A stretch of 64,000 nt of DNA. It comes from Candidatus Cloacimonadota bacterium. GTDB taxonomy: Bacteria > Cloacimonadota > Cloacimonadia > Cloacimonadales > TCS61. The notes under the pieces were generated by a model, which saw only the letters and a list, made by a program, of their open reading frames with translations, was not told where the DNA came from and did no database searches. The stretch covers positions 1,836 to 65,835 of the forward strand of contig JAGGWK010000016.1 in NCBI GenBank assembly GCA_021157525.1, given 5' to 3'. Within the stretch, counting starts at the first letter, position 1; every line of letters begins with the position of its first letter. A program made the position numbers and the translations under genes. This document shows positions 1-9,731 of this stretch, in pieces.

Positions 1-2
1 TT

Positions 3-1046
3 ATGTCTGATGGCCTTGGCAGTGGCGTAAAGGCAAACATCCTTTCTACCCTGACCTCCACCATCCTCTCGGTAATGATACAAAACGATGTGGGAATGAC
101 CGATATCCTGGAAACCTTGCTTGCTACATTGCCCACCTGTTCCTATCGTCAATTGGCATACAGCACCTTTACCTACGCCCAGTTTATGCCAAGTGGCAGG
201 ATGCATGTGGCAAACTACGATAACCCTCACATGATCCTGATAAGGGATGATAAAATCGTCAATGTAAGCGGCAATGAGCATATCATTCTGGATAAGAAGA
301 TCAATGAAGCCACCATCTCGCTGAAACCGGGAGATACCTGCATCTTTTTGAGTGATGGCGAGATCCATGCCGGCATGGATGGGATGTGCAATCTTGGCTT
401 TGGCTGGACGCAGGTAGCAGAATTTGCCGCGCGGCTGGCCAGTAAAGCAATGACTGCCAAAGAAATTGCCTATGAGCTTACCAACGTGGCGTGGCAACTC
501 TATTGCCAGCAACCGGGAGATGACACCACCGCTGTGGTTGTGCGGGTGCGGGAAAAACACAATCTCACAATGATGGTTGGCGCCCCCGAAAACCCCGAAG
601 ATGATGTGACCATCGTAGAACAATTGATGGCACCTCCGGGACGGAAGATCGTGTGTGGCGGAACCACCAGCAATATCGTGAGCCGCGAACTGGGCTGCGA
701 GGTGACGGTAGATTTCTCTTCAATACGAGACGACATTCCGCCGGTGGGAACAATGCCGGGAATCCATCTGTGCACCGAAGGCATCATCACCATCAGTAAT
801 GCTCTGAAGTTGCTGAAAGAACATCCATCTTACAAACGGCTGGAGATTTTTAATGACGGAGTAAGCCGGCTTGTGCATGAACTGATGCAGGCTGATGACA
901 TCACTATATTGATAGGGCAGGCAATGAATCAGGCACACAAATCAACAAACCTTCCAACAGAATTTGGCTTGAAAACTCAGATCATGGAGAAAATCGCCGG
1001 AATGTTAACAGCAGAAGGCAAACATGTACGCATTAACTACTTTTAA
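3..1046 (+). CDS. SpoIIE/PP2C-family protein phosphatase, 5'-truncated by the window edge, with an unrecognised C-terminal extension of about 150 aa
   Basis: The ORF is open from the window edge. Motifs SDGLGSG, GDTCIFLSDGEIHAG and GDDTTAVVVRV resemble the metal-binding Asp motifs of SpoIIE/PPM phosphatases. The tail (KIVCGGTTSNIVSRELG...) is not recognised. Confidence 0.7.
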   Translation: MSDGLGSGVKANILSTLTSTILSVMIQNDVGMTDILETLLATLPTCSYRQLAYSTFTYAQFMPSGRMHVANYDNPHMILIRDDKIVNVSGNEHIILDKKINEATISLKPGDTCIFLSDGEIHAGMDGMCNLGFGWTQVAEFAARLASKAMTAKEIAYELTNVAWQLYCQQPGDDTTAVVVRVREKHNLTMMVGAPENPEDDVTIVEQLMAPPGRKIVCGGTTSNIVSRELGCEVTVDFSSIRDDIPPVGTMPGIHLCTEGIITISNALKLLKEHPSYKRLEIFNDGVSRLVHELMQADDITILIGQAMNQAHKSTNLPTEFGLKTQIMEKIAGMLTAEGKHVRINYF

Positions 1047-1264
1047 AACAGATACCTTACGAAAATCCTGATAACAACAATGAGGGAGTTTGATATCCCG
1101 CATGTTTCTCCGGCAACACCGTGTCGTTTGGGGTAAATCTGCATGGAGGCAGGGATGGGGTTTCGGTGTGCATTATCTCTTCGGCAGAAAGAACATGTAA
1201 AAGAAACTTGACACAAAGACAAGCAAACACGACATTGCATCCAGATAAGAAAGAAGGAGGTTTG

Positions 1265-1480
1265 GTGGCACGACTTCACAATACCGTGCGGCAATTGCGC
1301 TTTATGCATGGCGAGATGACGCAGCAGGAGCTGGCTGACAAAGTTGCGGTTTCCCGACAAACCATCGGCGCAATAGAAAAAGGCAGATTCAACCCATCTG
1401 TGAAACTGGCTTTGGAGATTGCCGCGGTTTTTGCCAAACCCATGTCAGAAGTTTTTTTTCTGGAAGAGGAGGAAGCATGA
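1265..1480 (+). CDS. XRE-family helix-turn-helix transcriptional regulator (small, about 71 aa)
   Basis: MTQQELADKVAVSRQTIGAIEKGRFNPSVKLALEIAAVF is a classic Cro/C1-type HTH. AAGGAGG lies at 1254-1260, with in-frame TTG at 1262 and GTG at 1265. The start choice is uncertain and the tracked ORF from 1121 is probably too long. Confidence 0.8.
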   Translation: MARLHNTVRQLRFMHGEMTQQELADKVAVSRQTIGAIEKGRFNPSVKLALEIAAVFAKPMSEVFFLEEEEA

Positions 1481-1809
1481 CATTTCGATATCTTGGTATG
1501 ATTATCACCGGCGTGATATCTCTGCTCTGTGTCTATTTTTTTGGCATTGGCGGAATGTATAGCCTCAATCTGGCAATTCTGCTCTATTTTGTTCCCTGGC
1601 GAGAGCCGGATGAGCGGGAAAAGCAGCTGAACGCCAAAGTCTATAACATCACCTTCGGGCTCTTGATGATTTTGCTTATCAATATCTATGTCCTGTCACA
1701 ATTTGTCGTCGTAAGTGACCACTTGAAATCAATCTGGGTCGGCTTGGTAGCTTCGGGAATGTTCATCATCCTCGGCACCGTTGGCCTGGTGGTGTTTCAC
1801 AAAGAATAA
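1477..1809 (+). CDS. small integral membrane protein (3-4 predicted TM helices)
   Basis: The start overlaps the XRE stop by 4 nt (ATGA). Hydrophobic segments run throughout. An XRE gene paired with a small membrane protein is a common arrangement. Confidence 0.6.
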   Translation: MTFRYLGMIITGVISLLCVYFFGIGGMYSLNLAILLYFVPWREPDEREKQLNAKVYNITFGLLMILLINIYVLSQFVVVSDHLKSIWVGLVASGMFIILGTVGLVVFHKE

Positions 1810-1824
1810 TATGGAGAATAGAGA

Positions 1825-2637
1825 ATGAAATGTAACGGTATAATAAAAGTTAAAGGAAGCATGGGCAAGGTAAGACGGGTAAAATGCAATACTGTATTGG
1901 ATGAACACGCCATCTTCTGCCCTGTCTGCGGTACCGAAACCCCGGCTTTGAAAAATGATTTAAATGGAAAGAAAGTATTTCTGGATGCATGGCGTAAACG
2001 CAATGAAACCTTCCACCAGTGGTTCCCCTTTTCCCTCATCTTTGGCCTGATTATCGGCGCTCTTATTGCCACCTCGGTGGTCTTCGGTCACGCCCATTAT
2101 TGGCTGAACAATCTCTACCTGCTTTTCGTTGTTCCGCTGGCCCTTGTGCCCCTTACGTTCAGTCAGGATGCAGAAAGCACTCCCGGATTCTCAGCCTATT
2201 TTGCTGCACTGCGTTATTACCCCCGATTGTGGGTTTTTACCCTTTTCAACATCCTCTTTTTTTTCGTGGTAAAAGTGCTGTGCACCGGATTTTTACTTAA
2301 TGTAGAGATCGATCAGACTCTGCATCTGGTACGGCTGATCCTCTGCATCTACTGGCCGGTGGTGATGTTGCCGGTGGTATATCTCATTGCTCAGCGCAAG
2401 ATGCCGGTATTGCGAGCAATGCGCGTGGCATACAAGGCCGGGAAAGAAACCCGCTGGCAACAATTTTATGTGATGCTCTATAGTTTGCTCCTCAATGTCC
2501 TGGGTGCTGCACTGGCGGGCGTGGGTTTAGCTTACACCTTGCCCATCGGCTACCGCGCCATCAGCAATTATTGCATCCGTATGGAAGAATATGAACTCTT
2601 TGAAGATACACGAGGTAATCATGGCCAGAAAAATTAA
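1825..2637 (+). CDS. zinc-ribbon domain membrane protein
   Basis: An N-terminal CxxC...CPVCG zinc-ribbon (VKCNTVLDEHAIFCPVCGTE) is followed by several hydrophobic helices. GGAG lies upstream of the ATG. Confidence 0.6.
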   Translation: MKCNGIIKVKGSMGKVRRVKCNTVLDEHAIFCPVCGTETPALKNDLNGKKVFLDAWRKRNETFHQWFPFSLIFGLIIGALIATSVVFGHAHYWLNNLYLLFVVPLALVPLTFSQDAESTPGFSAYFAALRYYPRLWVFTLFNILFFFVVKVLCTGFLLNVEIDQTLHLVRLILCIYWPVVMLPVVYLIAQRKMPVLRAMRVAYKAGKETRWQQFYVMLYSLLLNVLGAALAGVGLAYTLPIGYRAISNYCIRMEEYELFEDTRGNHGQKN

Positions 2638-3439
2638 ACCCATAAAACGTAAAAAAAACGAGATTCAGGACACTATCGAAGCGATCCTCTTTGCCTTCGT
2701 GGTCGCCTTCCTCATAAAAAACTACATCTTCCAAAATTTCAAAATCCCATCTTCTTCCATGGAAAGTACCATGCTCATCGGGGATTTTTTATACGGTGAT
2801 CGCACGAGGTATTACTTCACCGATCCTCAGCAGGGAGATATTGTTATTTTCCAGCATCCAGGCGACCCCGATGAGCCCGGACTTCCGACCCTGGAAAATC
2901 CACATCCCCAATACACCAGGGATGACTACATGCTGCTGATAAAGCCCATCTACATCAACAAAAAGAACTTTAAGCCGGTGTGGCACCAAAAGAAAAACAT
3001 TGTAAAGCGGGTGATCGGCATGCCTGGCGATACAATTCAGGTGGTGAATAAACATGTGCTGATAAACGGCAAAGAATTTCGCACGGGCACCGAGCAATAC
3101 ATCGATTCCCGCGTGATTCCACGCAACAATGGTAACATCATGTGGAACGACACCTTTATGGGAAGCCGCGACAATATTGGCCCTGTGGTTGTACCGCCGG
3201 ATAGTTATTTCGTGATGGGCGACAACCGGGATGTGAGTGCCGACAGCCGCTACTGGGGATTTTTACCTCGTAAAGCTATCACCGGAGCCCCGGCCTTCGT
3301 CTTCTTTTCTCACGGTGCACCACCAGCCCGCACTTATCGGGATGCTTACTATCGTAGCCAGGGAATAAACAGACAACCCGCCAGAATACGCTGGAACCGC
3401 ATTTTCAAGGTTTTCCGCAATCCGCTGAAACACAAATAA
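2621..3439 (+). CDS. lepB: signal peptidase I
   Basis: Motifs SSSMESTMLIGD (catalytic Ser box), GDIVIF, KRVIGMPGDTIQ (Lys box) and GDNRDVSADSRYWGF are present. I chose the ATG at 2621 (MARKIKP...) over the tracked 2591 start. Confidence 0.9.
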   Translation: MARKIKPIKRKKNEIQDTIEAILFAFVVAFLIKNYIFQNFKIPSSSMESTMLIGDFLYGDRTRYYFTDPQQGDIVIFQHPGDPDEPGLPTLENPHPQYTRDDYMLLIKPIYINKKNFKPVWHQKKNIVKRVIGMPGDTIQVVNKHVLINGKEFRTGTEQYIDSRVIPRNNGNIMWNDTFMGSRDNIGPVVVPPDSYFVMGDNRDVSADSRYWGFLPRKAITGAPAFVFFSHGAPPARTYRDAYYRSQGINRQPARIRWNRIFKVFRNPLKHK

Positions 3440-3448
3440 GTCACATAT

Positions 3449-3478
3449 CAGGCAGGATGCGTTGTTGCATCCTGCCTG
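3449..3478 (+). terminator. perfect 12-bp hairpin downstream of lepB
   Basis: The sequence is CAGGCAGGATGC-gttgtt-GCATCCTGCCTG, 10 nt after the lepB stop. There is no T-tract (it is followed by AAAAG), so function as an intrinsic terminator is uncertain. Confidence 0.5.
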
Positions 3479-3631
3479 AAAAGCTACATAACTACACCTC
3501 TAATTCACCGCTTTTATGGCAGTTACCACATCTTAACACAATCTTAACTCTTTCCTTATACTATCTTCACATCATTCGGGTATAACCAAGTGAAAACTAT
3601 GCAGAAGAAATCTGCAGTTGAAGGAGGAAAA

Positions 3632-4666
3632 GTGAAAAGAGCTTTCTTTGTGATTTTCTTAATTATGATGGTTACCAGCTGGTTGGCTGCGGAAACCAAG
3701 TTTAAGATGGAATTGTGGAACCGGTGGACCTATGCTCGGGCCGATGGTGAAACCATTCAAAACGAAATGGCTCTGAAACGGGGCTACTTCCGTCTTGAAC
3801 CAAAATTCGGACAGAACATCAGTGGTCGCTTTAACCTGGATTTCTTCAGTGATGACGGCCCTGATGACGGCGTAGGCATCAAGCTGAAATATGCCTACCT
3901 TGATTTCGTAAATCTCATTCCCATCAGGGGGTCGAAACTTACGGCAGGTTTGATGAAAACCTATTTTGGCACCATCTACGATTGGGATTATACCACCATC
4001 GACAAAGATCCTTCAGACAAGTACAAATTTGTAAGCTCAACAGATTACGGTGTGGGCATTTTCGGTTATGTCCCCAATGGTCTGGGTTCTTATGCAGTAA
4101 ACCTGTATAATGGCGAAGGTTACAAAAAAACCGGCAGCGACATCAACAAAGATATGAACATCAACGCAAACCTGCGTCTTACTCCCATCCCCGGTGTAAC
4201 AGTAGGTGGATCGTACATGATGCAGACAAAGAACGACGACGAAATCGACGGCGAAAAAAATCCTGATCGTCAGGAAAACACTTTGATCGCTGGAATGAGC
4301 AAACTGGTATACGGCCATGCTTCGCTGCTGACTCAATACCTTATGAAAACTGTATCACTGCCTAATGTGGACGATGCAGAAGATGTAACCACCTCGGTGA
4401 TTTCTCTGATGCCGGCATATAAACTGAACAACATCTTCGACGTCGTGGCTCGCTACGATATCTATGATCCTGACACGGATACCGACGATGATGGCGAAAG
4501 TACGTTCATTGGTGGCGTAAATTATCACATCATGCGGGATGCCAAAAATGCACCGAAACTGCTGGTTCAGGCAAACTACCAGATAACGTCTTATGAAGAC
4601 GCAAAAGACGATGAATCTGAGCTGATGGTGCAATTGCGCTGGATCTTCTCAGAAACTTTTAAATAA
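3632..4666 (+). CDS. predicted outer-membrane porin, possibly phosphate-selective given its position
   Basis: Signal peptide (KRAFFVIFLIMMVTSWLAAE). The sequence is rich in alternating aromatic/polar beta-strand patterns. It lies directly upstream of pstS. Start candidates are GTG 3632 (after AGGAGG), ATG 3599 and GTG 3590. Confidence 0.55.
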   Translation: MKRAFFVIFLIMMVTSWLAAETKFKMELWNRWTYARADGETIQNEMALKRGYFRLEPKFGQNISGRFNLDFFSDDGPDDGVGIKLKYAYLDFVNLIPIRGSKLTAGLMKTYFGTIYDWDYTTIDKDPSDKYKFVSSTDYGVGIFGYVPNGLGSYAVNLYNGEGYKKTGSDINKDMNINANLRLTPIPGVTVGGSYMMQTKNDDEIDGEKNPDRQENTLIAGMSKLVYGHASLLTQYLMKTVSLPNVDDAEDVTTSVISLMPAYKLNNIFDVVARYDIYDPDTDTDDDGESTFIGGVNYHIMRDAKNAPKLLVQANYQITSYEDAKDDESELMVQLRWIFSETFK

Positions 4667-4681
4667 TCAAGGAGTATGAAC

Positions 4682-5497
4682 ATGTACAAAAAAACAGTGA
4701 TTATTATCGCATTACTGGCATTGGTCGCCATTCCCGCTTTTGCAAAGCGGGGTAACAAAGTTACCATCGCCGGCTCTACCACAGTACTTCCCATTGCCCA
4801 GAGCTGCGCCGAAGAATTTATGAACTGCCATCCTGATGTAAATATTTCAGTTCGCGGTGGGGGCTCTTCTGTGGGCATAGCGTCCATTATAGCCGGCACG
4901 GTTGATATCGGAGATGCTTCCCGCCACATCAAAGACAAAGAGTTGGTTCAGGCGCGGGAAATGGGCATAAACCCGGTAGAAAACGTGGTTGCAAATGACG
5001 GTATCGTCGTGATCGTAAACCCAGCCAACAGCATCAAAGCTCTTAGTCTGGATCAGGTAAAGGACATCTACACAGGGAAATTTTTGAACTGGAAAGAGAT
5101 CGGCGGGCCAAACATGCCGATAGTGGTGATTTCCCGAGACGTTTCCTCCGGGACGTTTGAAGTGTTTAAGGAAAAGGTGATGCAGGGCACTGCCGGTATA
5201 GACGGCGCACTGATGCTGGCCTCCAACAATGCGGTTGTATCCACGGTAGCATCCACTCCCGGAGCCATCGGATACGCTGGGCTGGGCTATGTTACATCCA
5301 GCATAAAAGTCCTTTCTATAGAGGGAGTGATGCCATCGAAAAAAACTATCCAATCCGGTGAATATCCCATATCCCGTACACTACACATGTACACAAACGG
5401 CAAAGCCAAAGGTAATGTGAAACTGTTTCTGGACTTTGTGCTCTCACCTGCGGGGCAAAAGATCGTAGAAGCTCAAGGCTTTGTAAAGGCGAACTGA
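4682..5497 (+). CDS. pstS: phosphate ABC transporter substrate-binding protein PstS (copy 1)
   Basis: ITIAGSTTVLPIAQ, VRGGGSSVGI, ISRDVSSGTFEVF and GAIGYAGLGYV are typical of the PstS-family PBP. ATG 4682 has better SD spacing than ATG 4676. Confidence 0.9.
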   Translation: MYKKTVIIIALLALVAIPAFAKRGNKVTIAGSTTVLPIAQSCAEEFMNCHPDVNISVRGGGSSVGIASIIAGTVDIGDASRHIKDKELVQAREMGINPVENVVANDGIVVIVNPANSIKALSLDQVKDIYTGKFLNWKEIGGPNMPIVVISRDVSSGTFEVFKEKVMQGTAGIDGALMLASNNAVVSTVASTPGAIGYAGLGYVTSSIKVLSIEGVMPSKKTIQSGEYPISRTLHMYTNGKAKGNVKLFLDFVLSPAGQKIVEAQGFVKAN

Positions 5498-5579
5498 CAG
5501 AAAAATTCCTCATGAAACGGAGTCGGCACTCCTACCGGCTCCGACGATATTTTGAGCTGTTATAAACCAAGGAAACAAG

Positions 5580-6395
5580 ATGAAAAAAACCATTTCCCTG
5601 CTGCTTCTGGCCCTTTTGTCAGGATGCGCTCCCCATATAGAGCGCATTGATATCGCCGGCTCTACCACCGTATTGCCCATAGTTCAGGCGGAAGCTGAAG
5701 AATATATGAACGCTCATCCCGCAGCAGCTATCTCGGTGCGTGGAGGTGGATCACAAGTGGGCATCACCTCCATCATTAACGGCACCATAGACATCGGTAT
5801 CGCATCTCGCCCGGTGACCAGCGTGGAAAAAACGCTGGCTGCAGAAAAGGGCGTAAAATTGATTCAGGCAACCATAGCCCATGATGCTGTGAGCGTAGTT
5901 GTGCATAAAAACAATCCTGTTAATAACCTCAGTCTGGCGCAGTTGCAAAGCATATTTGCAGGAAAGCTTACCAATTGGATGCAGGTAGGGGGTCCGGATA
6001 TGGCCATTGCCGTTATTTCACGGGATGTCTCATCCGGCTCCTTTGAAGTATTTTCTGATGTGGTGCTGGATAGTGTTCGGGTGGTAAACAGTGCTATGCG
6101 TCTGCCTTCTAACAATGCCGTAGTCTCCGCCATTTCATACACTCCCGGTGCCATTGGCTATGTGGGCCTGGGATATCTAAACAGCTATCTTAACGCCCTT
6201 TCCATAGATGACTCCATGCCATCAGTTTCTTCGGTTCAGGATGCATCCTATCCCCTGGCTCGGCCACTGTTTATGATCACTCTGGCCAGTTGTAGCCCGG
6301 CAACCAGAGAATTTATAGACTTTGTACTCTCGGCCTCCGGTCAGCAAATAGTTGCCCGACAGGGCTATGTCCCCCGTGAGGAGATGCAGCAATGA
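5580..6395 (+). CDS. pstS: phosphate ABC transporter substrate-binding protein PstS (copy 2, lipoprotein)
   Basis: Lipobox LLSGC. It has the same motif set as copy 1 (IAGSTTVLPIVQ, VRGGGSQVGI, ISRDVSSGSFEVF). It is a tandem paralog. Confidence 0.9.
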   Translation: MKKTISLLLLALLSGCAPHIERIDIAGSTTVLPIVQAEAEEYMNAHPAAAISVRGGGSQVGITSIINGTIDIGIASRPVTSVEKTLAAEKGVKLIQATIAHDAVSVVVHKNNPVNNLSLAQLQSIFAGKLTNWMQVGGPDMAIAVISRDVSSGSFEVFSDVVLDSVRVVNSAMRLPSNNAVVSAISYTPGAIGYVGLGYLNSYLNALSIDDSMPSVSSVQDASYPLARPLFMITLASCSPATREFIDFVLSASGQQIVARQGYVPREEMQQ

Positions 6396-7264
6396 AAAAC
6401 ATCAGAGAGACTACTTTCAAAAGCCTCACCTATGTTTCGGCTCTTTTTACCATCATTTTTTTGTTTGGTATTATCGGCAGCCTGTTTCTGGAAGGGCTTC
6501 CCCTCATCAAGCTGGTAACCTTCAAAACTTTTATTCTCAATCCTTCCTGGCATCCCACCAGTTATCCTGCAGATTTCGGTATTCTGTCCCTCATTGCAGG
6601 CTCTCTCATCGTTACTATGGGAGCGTTGATTCTGGCAATTCCTCTGGGTATTGGCTCTGCTATTTACATTTCGGAGATTGCCGGTAACAAAACACGGGAA
6701 ATCATCAAACCCATTATCGAACTTCTGGCAGGAATACCCTCGGTGGTATATGGTCTGTTTGGGATGGCATTTCTGTCTCCCTTTCTCATCCGTGTGTTTG
6801 GTATTCCCACCGGCCTCAATGCCTGTTCCGCATCCATTATTTTAGGGATAATGGTTGTTCCGATAATTTCCAGTATGAGTGAAGATGCCCTGAGCACGGT
6901 TCCCCGCCAGCTGCGGGAAGCCTCATTGGCTCTGGGCGCCACCCGCTGGGAAACAATAATGCGGGTGGTGCTTCCGGCGGCAAAAAGCGGCGTGATTGGC
7001 AGTGTGGTATTGGGCTTTGGACGGGCCATTGGAGAAACCATGGTGGTGATAATGGTTGCTGGCGGCGCAGCACAGATACCCACCAGCATCTTCCAGCCGG
7101 TACGGCCCATGACAGCAGCTGTGGCTGCCGAGATGGGAGAAACAGTATTTGGCAGTCCCCATTTTCATGCCCTCTATGCCATTGCCATTGTGCTGTTCAT
7201 CATCACCTTTGCCACCAATCTCATTACCGAGGTAGTATTTTTTCGTAAGGGAGACCTCAAATGA
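6392..7264 (+). CDS. pstC: phosphate ABC transporter permease PstC
   Basis: Multi-TM protein with the EAA-type loop ([25 protein letters not shown]). It overlaps the pstS2 stop by 4 nt. Confidence 0.9.
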   Translation: MKNIRETTFKSLTYVSALFTIIFLFGIIGSLFLEGLPLIKLVTFKTFILNPSWHPTSYPADFGILSLIAGSLIVTMGALILAIPLGIGSAIYISEIAGNKTREIIKPIIELLAGIPSVVYGLFGMAFLSPFLIRVFGIPTGLNACSASIILGIMVVPIISSMSEDALSTVPRQLREASLALGATRWETIMRVVLPAAKSGVIGSVVLGFGRAIGETMVVIMVAGGAAQIPTSIFQPVRPMTAAVAAEMGETVFGSPHFHALYAIAIVLFIITFATNLITEVVFFRKGDLK

Positions 7265-8115
7265 AACGCAGAGAATGGGAAGAATTTCTGGGAGTAAATT
7301 TGTTGCGCCTTGTCATCGGCATTACGGTGGCCTTTCTGATTCTATTTCTCTCTGTGATATTCAGCAAGGGTGGCCCTATGATTTCTTGGAGCTTTCTCAC
7401 GGAATCACCCCGGAAATATATGACAGAAGGTGGCATTTTCCCGGCCATCGTGGGCACCTTCTGGCTCACCATTCTATCCATTGCCTTTTCTCTACCGTTG
7501 GGAATCTTTACTGCCATCTATCTTTCCTGCTATGCTAGAGCTGCCTGGTTCGTTCGCATCACTCGTCTGTCCGTAAGAACCCTTGCTGGGGTGCCCTCCA
7601 TTATCTTCGGGCTTTTTGGTCGTATGGTATTTGTGCATCTCTTTGGCTTTGGTATCTCGATACTTTCCGGCGCCCTTACTCTGGGCATCCTGGCATTGCC
7701 GATGATTATCAATTCTTCCGAAGAGGCGATTCGCGGTGTTCCAAAAGATTTTTGGGAAGCTTCTCTGGCCCTTGGTGCTACTCAGCGGCAAACCATTCTA
7801 CGGGTAATTCTTCCCACCGCATTGCCAAACATTCTCACCGGAGTCATCATCAGTATTGGCCGCGTGGCTGGTGAAACCGCTCCCATCCTCTTTACCGCCG
7901 CCACCTTCTACACCCGCCAGATGCCCAGCTCAGCCATGGATGAAGTGATGGCACTGCCATATCACATCTATGCCTTGATGACCGAAGGCGCTCATGCATC
8001 CAAACAAGTACCCATAGCCTACGGGACTGCTGTAGTTCTGTTGCTGGTGGTGCTTTCCATCAGCGCCATAGCCATAATTATACGATATCATATGAGGAGA
8101 AAAAGAACATGGTAA
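7261..8115 (+). CDS. pstA: phosphate ABC transporter permease PstA
   Basis: Multi-TM protein with [25 protein letters not shown]. It has a 4-nt overlap with pstC. Confidence 0.9.
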   Translation: MKRREWEEFLGVNLLRLVIGITVAFLILFLSVIFSKGGPMISWSFLTESPRKYMTEGGIFPAIVGTFWLTILSIAFSLPLGIFTAIYLSCYARAAWFVRITRLSVRTLAGVPSIIFGLFGRMVFVHLFGFGISILSGALTLGILALPMIINSSEEAIRGVPKDFWEASLALGATQRQTILRVILPTALPNILTGVIISIGRVAGETAPILFTAATFYTRQMPSSAMDEVMALPYHIYALMTEGAHASKQVPIAYGTAVVLLLVVLSISAIAIIIRYHMRRKRTW

Positions 8116-8879
8116 AACCACATTACTCAACCACACACATCTGCACAGACAACGTAAACCTCTGGTTTGGCAACAAGCATGTGTTGAAAAACGTGAATCT
8201 TCCGGTCTATGATAAAAAAGTTACCGCCCTTATCGGGCCCTCTGGATGCGGAAAATCTACCCTTCTCCGTTGCTTCAACCGTATGAATGACCTCATTTCC
8301 ACCTGCCGCATCACCGGAAAAGTAACCCTCCATACGCAGGATATCTATGCACCCCACACCGATGTAACCACTGTTCGTACCAAAGTAGGCATGGTGTTTC
8401 AGAGTCCAAACCCCTTTCCAAAATCAATATACAACAACATTGCTTACGGCTTGCACATCCGAGGTGAGAAAAAACCAAAGGTAGAACAGATAGTAGAAAA
8501 GAGCCTCCGGGACGCTTGGCTGTGGGAGGAAGTAAAAGATCGCCTGAAGCAGTCAGCATTCTCACTTTCCGGTGGCCAACAACAGCGTCTCTGCATTGCC
8601 CGTGCTTTGGCAAACAACCCGGACATCCTGCTGCTGGATGAGCCTACTTCGGCTCTGGACCCGCAGTCCACAGCCAAAATCGAGGAACTCTGCCTGGAAT
8701 TGAAAAACAAAGTTACCATCCTCATCGTTACCCACAACATTGCTCAGGCGGGACGCATCTCCGATTATACCGCCTTTATGTATCTGGGGGAAATGGTGGA
8801 ATTTGGCGAAACCAGAAAGATGTTCACCGTTCCCAAAGACAAACGTACCGAAGCGTACCTCAATGGCGTATTTGGCTGA
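8109..8879 (+). CDS. pstB: phosphate ABC transporter ATP-binding protein PstB
   Basis: Walker [10 protein letters not shown], signature LSGGQQQRL, Walker [12 protein letters not shown], and the PstB-typical [18 protein letters not shown]. Confidence 0.95.
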   Translation: MVKPHYSTTHICTDNVNLWFGNKHVLKNVNLPVYDKKVTALIGPSGCGKSTLLRCFNRMNDLISTCRITGKVTLHTQDIYAPHTDVTTVRTKVGMVFQSPNPFPKSIYNNIAYGLHIRGEKKPKVEQIVEKSLRDAWLWEEVKDRLKQSAFSLSGGQQQRLCIARALANNPDILLLDEPTSALDPQSTAKIEELCLELKNKVTILIVTHNIAQAGRISDYTAFMYLGEMVEFGETRKMFTVPKDKRTEAYLNGVFG

Positions 8880-8931
8880 TATGCAGTAAAAAGCGGTATG
8901 CATCCATAATAAAAAATAAACGGGAGAACAA

Positions 8932-9585
8932 ATGATTGAAAATGAAATAGTGGAGTTGACCAAGCTGATTATCGAACAAGCCACTCGGGTGGAAAACATG
9001 CTGGAACTGGCAATAAGTGGATTATTGCAAAATGACGAAGCCCTATTGAAACGGGTGAGTCAGCTGGAAGATGAACTGAACCAGCATGAAATGGAGTTAG
9101 ATGAGAAGTGTATCGGCGTCATTGCGCTGTATCAGCCAGAAGCAGGGAATCTGCGCACCGTGCTGATGATAATGAATATGAACAGTGATCTGGAGCGTAT
9201 GGGAGACTTGGCGGAAAACATCATGGAGAGCGCTCATTACCTCATCCGTCGCCCCTCGATAAAGCGGTTGATAAATATTCCCAATATGGCCGAAGAAGTG
9301 AAAAAAATGATCCATAACAGTATCACTGCTTTTATAGATGGAGACACCAAACTGGCGTGGCAGGTGTGTCGTAATGACGATGTGGTGGATGACCTCCAGG
9401 AGCATATCTATCGGGTGCTGGTAACCTATATGCTGGAAGACCCCACTACTATCAAACGCTGCATGAAGCTTAACGCTATTGCATCCAACCTGGAACGCAT
9501 GGCAGACCTCTCTACAAACATTGCCGAAGAGACCATTTTCATGGTAGACGGCGTCGTGATAAAACACCACGCAACGCAAAATTAG
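8932..9585 (+). CDS. phoU: phosphate signalling complex protein PhoU
   Basis: Two PhoU repeats, each with the E(R)xGD motif (DLERMGDLAENI and NLERMADLSTNI). It sits after pstB. Confidence 0.9.
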   Translation: MIENEIVELTKLIIEQATRVENMLELAISGLLQNDEALLKRVSQLEDELNQHEMELDEKCIGVIALYQPEAGNLRTVLMIMNMNSDLERMGDLAENIMESAHYLIRRPSIKRLINIPNMAEEVKKMIHNSITAFIDGDTKLAWQVCRNDDVVDDLQEHIYRVLVTYMLEDPTTIKRCMKLNAIASNLERMADLSTNIAEETIFMVDGVVIKHHATQN

Positions 9586-9608
9586 CCCGCATCACCTTCG
9601 GATATCAA

Positions 9609-9643
9609 CGTAGCAGCTATTTCTCATCAAAGCTGCTACGTTT
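9609..9643 (+). terminator. hairpin terminator candidate after phoU
   Basis: CGTAGCAGCT-12 nt loop-AGCTGCTACG followed by TTT. Confidence 0.5.
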
Positions 9644-9731
9644 CCCGTCCATGCCGGTTTCATCTTTTTTCTTTGTTGACATTCCATCGCCATTTCACGA
9701 TATATCACTTAAAAAAAGAAGGAATCAACAG

